From: Phoronis australis
Lineage: Eukaryota; Animalia; Phoronida
DNA length: 64,000 nt
Assembly: GCA_002633005.1 (NCBI GenBank)
Contig: NMRA01000060.1
Span: forward strand, 449,030-513,029
Reading direction: 5' to 3'
A program made the translations under genes and the position numbers. Within the stretch, counting starts at the first letter, position 1. The number at the start of each line of letters is the position of its first letter. Shown here piece by piece: positions 58,871-64,000 of the stretch. Below the pieces are notes generated by a model, which ran no database searches, was not told the DNA's origin, and saw only the letters and a list, made by a program, of their open reading frames with translations.

Positions 58871-61800
58871 ACAAGTTCTGTGGAAACAAGCCAGAGTTCA
58901 CCTCCTGAATGCCAAGACAACTAGCTTTTCATTTGTAAACGATTCAAAACTGCACGTAATCTCATTTTTACTAAATTACACACTGTCATCTCAACATCTT
59001 TTTAATAGTTGCCCCATCATTTAGCGATAGTGTTTCTAGCGTAAACTAATGAAGATCATGTCGTAAGATTCTTTGATATTTGACAGAAATCTCCTGAGCA
59101 TCGTAATTAAATCAGACATTTAAAACGATGAATTTCGATCGACGACAAATTTGAAACAACACTATAATACTATTTGACTACTTCACCGATTCCGCCTGAC
59201 AACAAGGTTTGGTTGTAGGCAGTCCTAACAAGTATTTTCACATTTATAGATTATTAAATTTCCTACGTGACAATTTTCCACGGAGAACGAAAACGAAAAC
59301 GATCGTAAAATTTTTTACCACTAAGATAAAACAGTAAATGCCCAAAGAGACAGAAAACTGTTAAACGGGTTAGCAAATGCGTTGGACGACACAACTACAT
59401 GTATTTTAAGCGTACATTGAAATAAATGTTTTCCGACTGTGTCTTTTGACACAAATTGTGATCTAATAACTTAACTGGACGCTCGTTGTGAAATGTTCAA
59501 AACAATATGGCACGGCAATAAAGACTCCAGTGCTTGGCAGAGATTGAAAAAAATATGTGACGAAAATTAGAACAAGATTCTTTCAACATTTGGCACGGAT
59601 ATTATTTTAAGTTAGTTCAGTCGAAACTTAAGGCCAAATAGTGCTCATTCAACATAACTCAAACTAGCTTCAAACTTAACTGAATTTGGTATGAATCATT
59701 TAATTTAATTTTGTTTTTGGTGGGACACCGACACCTACAAGGACCTAATTCATTACGAGTACTCACTCAACTGCCTCCGGAAACCCTGCCCACATTTTGA
59801 AAAACTTAAAACTTAATCGTAAAATAAGACAAACACAAACAAAGCGGAAAGCTACAAAATGTTGATATTTCAGTGATATCCTTAGACTGACGAAACTCAT
59901 CCTGTGGTAAATGTAACGGAAAAGAGTACCTTTAATATTTTGCACGAGACCAAGAGATACACTGTAAATGATGCACTCCTGTTGGTGAGTATAGAAACAT
60001 TATTTCAACGAAGGATCCCACTACGATAAGCTGACTGTTATTTTGCAACTGATCTCATGTAAGGAAACAAATACAATTACAGTCTATAGTTTAAGCGAGT
60101 TAGTGTCTAAACCGCCCACATTATTGTAAATCTGAACATTCATGAAAAATCACTGCACTTCTCTGGCGTCAATGATTTCTCCGTAGAAACGCAAATGTTT
60201 TGCGTGATAAATTCTTCTTGACATCTCAGCATCCTTCCTAATCATAATCGGCAATAAATCACTCTATATTCATACATAAAGAAAGTATATTAACGCTATT
60301 TAACCAAGTGGATTTCTTAATTTTCCACTTGGAGTGAAACACTCAAAACACATCACCCATTTCGACACGGTGTGTTCGTTCTATTAATTTCAATAGTTTC
60401 ATCTTAATTGCCTTACACGACGGATCACAGCGATAATGGACTACCTGTTCAATTAGAGGCAGCAAACCGAACAGTTGAATCAACCACCATCACATTGTGA
60501 CGCAGAAAAATATTCACAGCCTCTTGTGAACAGTAATCCATAGTTAAAGATGTTAACATCGAAATCTCACGAGAATACGTTTAGCTACAAGGGTATTTAG
60601 TGGAACGACGCTAATTCCGCGCGAGTGACGTATCATCGAACGCGTAGTGAGCCCAGGTAGCAACCGAGTGGCATTGGCGAGGAGGCCGGATGTCTCTTGA
60701 GTCAGCGATCTCTTGATTAAAGTAGGAGCCCTCCTTAAATCGATTGTTATTGTGAGGTGAGAAACTGATCGCGCGTGGTCTTGTGCAAACGGACATCATA
60801 TCATAGGTAGAGGTGGGTATCCAGCTTTCGAGCAGAACTGAAGCGAACTTCTGTAATGGTAAGTAGGAAAACAAAACTATGCAATTGAAAACGTTAAAAA
60901 ACTAAGCGATTCCCTAAAATTTAGTGCAATGTACGAAGTCATTGAATCAATTTTGTTATTTGATAAATATTAAATCCATAATTGAAACGTAACATACCAT
61001 GCCAGAAACATACTTTTAGTTGCATTTGCACCTTTTACTGTTGATCTAACGAACTTTCGCTTTTTAAAGGTAACCTTTGCTGTCAAATAAAACCCGGCTA
61101 CCTTATATGCGATTTTTTAATATTCCGTGTAAATTTACCGGTTGATTAATGGAAACGTGAAGATTCTCTTAATCATAGACGAGTTGACCATGGTTATCAG
61201 TTATCTGTGACATTAAAGGCTCATTACGTATTCTGAATACCTGATATATTTTGTGTTGTAAACGAATTGTGTGAGCGGTTTGAATGAAAGTATTCAGCTT
61301 ACTTTGGCATTAACTATACATGTACATGTACACGTGCCATTTAAACACGCTGTCTGCGTAAGGTGTAGTTGAAGTTGGCTTCCCGCGTGATAAGATGTTC
61401 TCCACCACAGTTTATCCGCAACCTCTCGGCCGCCACCCCTTCCACCCCCTCTGTTGTCATCCACCAATATTTCCCGCATAATGTTTCTTTTTGTGTAATC
61501 AGCCTTCAATACAGAGCAAGCCCTTGGAATATTTCAAAGAATGTCTTGTTACTAATACTATTAATTCTACGCATACACAGTGTACCGCAAATCATCTCAT
61601 CACCATAGAGTGCAATGTAAAAATCGACTATTTTACCCTACCTAGTTCTCCACCACGCCAGTGCGCACGCGTTGTGCAACTCGAATTGGATTGGGGTATT
61701 TTTAAATTGCGCTGGTTTATAAAATGCGCATTTCTCTTCAAGCGAAAAGTAAATGTAAAACAGCGTTTGATGATAGATTTATGATATCATTGAATATTGC

Positions 61801-63659
61801 CGAGTTGTTTGAACGCAGAAACGCTTAGATCGTTTATTAAGTTATTTCGCCGTTCAGACGATGTCGGGGGTGATCGCTACAGTGAAATTAATTTGCTATT
61901 ATAGTGGTATTCTGGATTCAATTGCAGTAATTTAAAGACCTTTTCATTGTTTGTACCAAGGGCTAAGTAACAGCAATAACCTGGGGCAAAATTCGTGCAA
62001 ATGTCGCTGACCTTGGCAAATTATTGGATTATCATCGGCATAATTTGGACCACCGCAGGAGTAATCTAAATCGTACTCGAAATTATTTTTTGCTATTTTC
62101 CGTTGTGCTGTAATGTCAACTCAAGATGAATGTCTATCATTCTATGCTCGGGTATGGTTCACTGGATGATTGTCTAATCTTAGTTTTCATTAGATGAATT
62201 CGACTTTTGAGTTACTACTCGAAGTCTCGAAGTTTTTACAAGAGTTCTGTAACGTAAATTTAGGGGTCATCCAATGCTGACTTGGACAAAAAACTTGTCT
62301 ATGTAAACCATAATATACGCAAGCATAGAACAATAGAACTTCATCTTGAGTTTGCATTAAAGCAGGACGGAAAAGGTAAAAAAAATATTTCGAGTAAGAA
62401 AATTAGACCCCGGGCCCTAGACTCATGTACTGTTAACGTAACATTATTTTACTGGCAGTTAAAAGGAAGCGTACCAGCGGTCAACTTATAGCTACGCAAC
62501 TTGTGTCAAAACATGCGACTGTACCTTTGCAGAAATAATGTATGAACACGTTAGAGCAAAAGATGTTCATTCTAACAGCAAAACTACCTTACGAAGAAAG
62601 AGTACCATCTACTTTTGCAACTAATTTACAAAAAAGAAAAAATGCACTAAATTCATCAATATGGACGTGTTCAATAGAAAATTTCTGACAATTCGATATA
62701 TAGTATAAAGATTTTGCCACACTGTGTAAGAATACCAGTACATGAAAAAGCAAGTCAGAAAACAAAAAGTTATATAATGACTGCAGTTTCAGAAACATTG
62801 GTTGAATTTGAAACGTTACAGGTCTGTTTGTTCAAGGCACCATTCAATGTATCTCATTGACATAACGATTAGATAACACAAGTCTGAAATCCTTAAAAAA
62901 TTCAATGCTTACGTTATCAACTGAAAATGGTCTTAAACATTCCTCTTAAAGGGGCATTGTGTTTTACTCAATACTTAGAATGAAGTAGGTTACTCCGAAA
63001 GACACCATATCCTGACGTTTTAAATCTGTAAACTCCATAATAAAAACTAATGATTTCTAAGCATAGCATTCAAGACAACAGCACGTAAAAGGAGCTTCAA
63101 AACAGAGTTGATAAACCTGTCCGACCAAATGTCGCGTGACATTTCAATTAGAAATCAATTGCAGATTGATGAAAGGTAATTCGACGATTTCGTTTTTGAG
63201 GTCGTAATTACTTTTTCCTATCTAAATCAATAGCCATTTTATGAAAAAGTGAGCCACAACTGAAAGTAGTGTGAATGTTGTGAATCTCAAAATCTTGGAA
63301 CTGAATGTTGCGTTTGGCGAGTAAGGACCGACAATTAAAGTCGCATTCGAACTGAAATCGGCATCCGCGCTGAAGTCCAAATGGCTTTGTGTCGTACTTG
63401 CATGTAGTTGACTGCCAACACACGAGTCCGTTATTCCAGTCAATATCCGGGAACTCCTGCAGAAAGCACAATGACTACGGAGACTTAACTCTATACTAAC
63501 CAAGCTCTAAACCCAAATTGTTGGTCCGGGTGAGGAATTTGGTCCCGGTAAAGTCTAAGTTACAGTGAAATGGTGCTGCTCACATTGAGCTACCGTCTCT
63601 CTCAATTTATTATGATTCTGCACGGTATACAGAGACTTACTTGATGAGAGAACCAAGAG

Positions 63660-63965
63660 CAACGATGATGAACAAAAACGATCGGATGGTGGCTACATTG
63701 ATGGTGAAGACTTTGATGATGATGACATTGGTGAAGACTACGGCGTTGATGATGACGATTTTGATCATGTCAACTACGGTGAAGATAACATTGGTAACTG
63801 ACGAACACGATAGTAGTGACGACGACAATATGGAAAGCTACAGTGATGACCACGTCGATGATGCGTTAGTGAGGACGTCAACATTGGTGAAGGACGAAAC
63901 TGAGCAGGGGAAGGGGATGAAGACGACAACGACGACGTAGTTTATGTTGAAGACAACAACAATGA
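63660..63965. repeat. Degenerate (GAY)n low-complexity tract
   Basis: gat/gac-rich with recurring acattggtgaaga; the Asp-rich frame is broken by a stop and shifts. Confidence 0.65.
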
Positions 63966-64000
63966 ATATCACCATTAGTGCGATAATTTCGACAAACAGG

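Noticed and set aside
58523-58924. 133-aa AAPHVR-repeat ORF
   Set aside because: An 18-bp minisatellite keeps frames open by construction; TTG start and no convincing splice signals
63641-63940. Asp-rich peptide suggesting an acidic biomineral protein
   Set aside because: The Asp frame has a stop and shifts; fits a decayed (GAT/GAC)n tract

Overview
Eukaryotic, intron-rich, AT-rich DNA, most consistent with an invertebrate animal; the species cannot be named from sequence alone. I could reconstruct two protein genes by hand, arranged tail-to-tail. (1) A + strand 9-exon gene (7614-19439, ~1329 aa) with a Q/Y/G/S/P-rich N-terminus, two U1/matrin-type C2H2 zinc fingers and a 925-codon low-complexity R/E/P/S/H exon. 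(2) A - strand NADH-cytochrome b5 reductase (CYB5R3-like, 28309-37361). The rest is intron and intergenic DNA crowded with non-autonomous transposons, many with readable TIRs and TSDs: Mutator-like (9-bp TSD), Kolobok-like (TTAA), pogo/Tc1-like (TA), CA..TG elements with 5-bp TSDs, an ISL2EU-like mini element with a THAP remnant, and Helentron/DINE-1-like elements carrying ~140-bp tandem units that each contain a CTCF-like motif. There is also a LINE RT relic, a spindlin-like pseudo-exon and a minimal hammerhead ribozyme motif. A recurring theme is tandem duplication of splice sites or exon ends in both genes. Most ORFs in the supplied track are spurious. All coordinates and alignments were read by eye; no database search was run.
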